Source of the DNA: an uncultured Nitrososphaerota archaeon
GTDB taxonomy: Archaea > Thermoproteota > Nitrososphaeria > Conexivisphaerales > DTJL01
Assembly: GCA_963842885.1 (NCBI GenBank)
Contig: CAWJIE010000004.1
Span: 64,001 to 128,000 of the forward strand
Reading direction: 5' to 3'
Length of the DNA: 64,000 nt
Each line of letters begins with the position of its first letter. Position 1 is the stretch's first letter. Below the pieces are notes generated by a model. The model had not been told where the DNA came from, ran no database searches, and saw only the letters and a program-made list of their open reading frames with translations. A program made the translations under genes and the position numbers. This document shows positions 60,027 to 64,000 of the stretch, piece after piece.

Positions 60027-61170
60027 TCAGACCTTCCAGTCGATGGAGACCGTCTCTTTCCGCACGAAGACCGTGACCAGCCCCCAGATCATGGCGATCG
60101 AGCCAGACGGGAGAGTAGACCAGATAGTAGAGCAAGAAGTAGTGCGGTCTGAACTTGTAGCCCAGCACGTGGCTGAACATGATGTAGATGGCAGAGTAGC
60201 CCACGAAGCCCACCAGCATCGGCCAACCCCACCCCGAAGAAGTTCGGGAGGGCGTCGTAAGGGATGAGAGTGGGATGATGATGGGGAAGGACCTTGTGGA
60301 GAGCGGATAGCATGGCCAGCGCGAATGATGTCGATCTCGGCCACGTTCTTGAACGCCAGGCTGAAGAACGCGCTGAGGATAGTCGGGAAGATCATGATGA
60401 GGGCCGTGAGGAAGATGCCTGGGTGTTGCTTGAGCGCCGACAGGAGGGGCCTGTAGTTGTCATGGAACCAGAGAGCAGTGCCGTATGACCACCTCTTCCT
60501 CTGCGTCCACCAACCTCTCAGCGTCGAAGGGCGCGAAGGTGTCCACCTGTATGTCGTCGGCGTACTTGAAGCTTCAAGTCTTTAAGGTAAGCCCTGAGGC
60601 CCAGGTCGAGGTCTTCGGAGACGACGGTCCTGAAACCACCGACCTTCTCATAGGCCTCCCTGGTCATGGCGAAGCCCGCCCCGTTGACGCCCAGGGTCTT
60701 CTTCATCCTCTTCGCCATCATCCAGTTGGCGGCGTTGAAACCGACGTATTCGTAGTAGACGATGTTCGAAAGCAGGCCCTTCGACGACGACGCTCTTCTT
60801 CATTTCGAGCATGTCGTAACCCTCGATCTCGGCGGCCGTCTTGGAGACGATGTCCTGGTCCTTGATCACAATGTCCGAGTCCAGGAAGATGAGGACATCT
60901 CCGGTGCAAGAAGCAAAGGCTTCCTCGATGGCCTTGACCTTGCCACGTCGGTGCTCGCTGAGCATGAAGCGGATATCTCTGCCGTACCTCTGGACAAGCT
61001 CTAGACGACGCAGGGGAAGGCTCGTCGATGGCCACGATGATCTCCTTGTCCGGGTATGAATCGGCGATGAGCTTCTGCAGGGTGTCCTCTAGTGTCCTAG
61101 CCCATCTAAGGACTGGTACTATTACAGAGACCCTTCGCGGGGGAGAGGGCTCAGAATCGGCGAGAAGCAT
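60027..61170 (-). CDS. Membrane glycosyltransferase family 2 (multiple frameshifts)
   Basis: VSVIVP, GKVKAI, FLDSD, GVNGAGF, SEDLD, QRKRW motifs in successive frames. Confidence 0.75.
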
Positions 61171-61271
61171 GACCCTATGTGACCGACGTGCTCCCACCGA
61201 CTTTAAAAGGTTAGTGTCCTCGAATCGTTCTGAACGCTTAAATCGCCTCCCCAGAAGTGATTGGGAGACGT

Positions 61272-62294
61272 ATGCCCAGCATCGAAGGCAGGAAGCCGAA
61301 GGCCATGGTCCTCCTATCGGGAGGTCTCGACAGCACGCTGGCGCTCACGATGATGAAGGAGATGGGGATGGACGTCATAGCCGTCAGCTTCAAGACGCCG
61401 TTCTGCAACTTCGACTGCGGCAGCGGGGCCTGCGGCGGCAAGATAGGCGACACAACCCTGAAGTACGGCGTAGAATGGAAGCCGGTGAGTCTGGGAGAAG
61501 AGTATCTGGAGATTGTGAAGAAGCCTCGTCACGGTTACGGGAGCGCGATGAACCCTTGCGTCGATTGCCGTGTGATGATGTACCGTAGGGCCAAAGGGAT
61601 GATGAAGGAGCTGGGTGCCGATTTCATAGTCACCGGGGAGGTCGTCGGCCAGAGACCCATGAGCCAGAACCCCAGGGCCCTGGACATGATCGAGAGGGAG
61701 TCAGGCTTGGAGGGTCTCATCTTGAGGCCCCTGTCGGCCCAGCTGATGGAGCCCACCATTCCCGAGAAGGAGGGGTGGGTGGACCGAAGCAAGCTGCTGG
61801 CGGTGGAAGGGAGGAGCCGGCGCACACAGATTCAGATGGCGAAGGCCATAGGGTGGAAGGAGTACCCCAACCCGTCGGGGGGGTGCATGCTCACCGAGAA
61901 GGGGTTCGCACGTCGGTTGAAGGACCTGTTTCAACACGAAGACCATCCCGACCAGAACGACATCGACCTTCTGAAGCTAGGACGCCACCTGAGGTTGAAC
62001 CAGGGATCGAAGCTCGTCGTCGGCCGGGACGTGTTGGAGAACAGCGAAATCCCCGCTTTGGCGAGAGGGGACGACGCCCTCCTTGAGGTCGAGAGGATAC
62101 CCGGGCCCGTGGGCCTGCTGCGGGGCCTGTACGGGGAGGCCGAGCTGAATCTCGCCGCTTCCGTCGTCGCAAGATACAGCGACGCGCCCAAGGAAGCCGC
62201 GGCCAAGGTCCTTTTCAAGATCTTGTCGGGGGCCTCGGGCTCTGTGTCCGTGACGCCGATGGTCACTACAGAGGTTGCGAAGTACATACTCTAG
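61272..62294 (+). CDS. PP-loop tRNA thiouridylase-like protein (ThiI/MnmA-like)
   Basis: LLSGGLDS, NPCVDC, TGEVVGQRPMSQ, PSGGC. Confidence 0.85.
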   Translation: MPSIEGRKPKAMVLLSGGLDSTLALTMMKEMGMDVIAVSFKTPFCNFDCGSGACGGKIGDTTLKYGVEWKPVSLGEEYLEIVKKPRHGYGSAMNPCVDCRVMMYRRAKGMMKELGADFIVTGEVVGQRPMSQNPRALDMIERESGLEGLILRPLSAQLMEPTIPEKEGWVDRSKLLAVEGRSRRTQIQMAKAIGWKEYPNPSGGCMLTEKGFARRLKDLFQHEDHPDQNDIDLLKLGRHLRLNQGSKLVVGRDVLENSEIPALARGDDALLEVERIPGPVGLLRGLYGEAELNLAASVVARYSDAPKEAAAKVLFKILSGASGSVSVTPMVTTEVAKYIL

Positions 62295-62364
62295 CGCCTT
62301 TCCCCATTCGTGCCACATTGTCTCACAAATCTTATATCACCCCATTGCCACATCAATGTTCAGC

Positions 62365-62595
62365 ATGCCAATAGCTTTCGTGTTGCTAAACGTAGAGCCC
62401 GGGGGGGAGGACGAGGTTTTGCAGTCCCTCAAGAGCATCCCTGAGGTCAGAGAAGCCTATCGTGTTTACGGCGTCTACGACACAGTAGTCAAGATCGAAG
62501 CAAGCACCGCCGAGAAGCTGAAGGAGCTCATAACGTGGAAGGTGCGACGTCTGAACAAGGTGCGTTCGACGCTGACGATGCTAGCCGTGGAATGA
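62365..62595 (+). CDS. Lrp/AsnC ligand-binding-domain protein
   Basis: AFVLLNVEPG...VYGVYD...VRSTLTM. Confidence 0.88.
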   Translation: MPIAFVLLNVEPGGEDEVLQSLKSIPEVREAYRVYGVYDTVVKIEASTAEKLKELITWKVRRLNKVRSTLTMLAVE

Positions 62596-62693
62596 GCCAA
62601 GTCCCTCTGCCTGCGTAAGGGCTTCTGGATGCCGCCGGGTAGATGGCGAAATCTTTAAGCCACGTGACCAAAACACCCACTGGGTAGTAGAAC

Positions 62694-64000
<1,307 letters not shown>

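Noticed and set aside
24803-61170. Programmed frameshifting or pseudogenisation in sufB, sufD, UPF0148, aIF2a, DUF72, dinB and GT2
   Set aside because: Single-base indels hit essential genes such as aIF2a, with no shared slippery motif; most simply assembly errors.

Overview
Archaeal chromosomal segment, GC-rich, with many TTG/GTG starts and TATA/BRE-type promoters. It is most consistent with a Nitrososphaerota (Thaumarchaeota)-related lineage, based on the integrase type, a Zn-ribbon-inserted PriS and the PCNA-PriS-GINS-rpl44e-rps27e-aIF2a-Nop10 cluster. Most of the window is housekeeping: Suf operon, replication/translation cluster, STT3-like AglB, GcvT/H, CofE, MetRS, TrxB, Dpo4, thermosome, fumarate hydratase, aspartase, PPDK, and three tRNAs. 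The one clear accessory region is a ~7.6 kb element (6136-13739) integrated at the 3' end of a tRNA-Arg, bounded by a 23-bp direct repeat. It carries a tyrosine integrase, two divergent RHH-like regulators, an AAA+ replication-type ATPase with a mirror-symmetric repeat array in its 3' end, two non-coding ~10-bp-periodic repeat arrays, a fused type IIG restriction-modification enzyme and an orphan nuclease-like ORF. No virion or conjugation genes are visible. A 127-aa three-TM protein next to PCNA resembles the eukaryotic oligosaccharyltransferase subunit DC2/OSTC by manual comparison. Numerous single-base frameshifts, including one in essential aIF2a, point to assembly indel errors. No CRISPR array or rRNA was seen. 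All product calls are by motif recognition; no database search was run.
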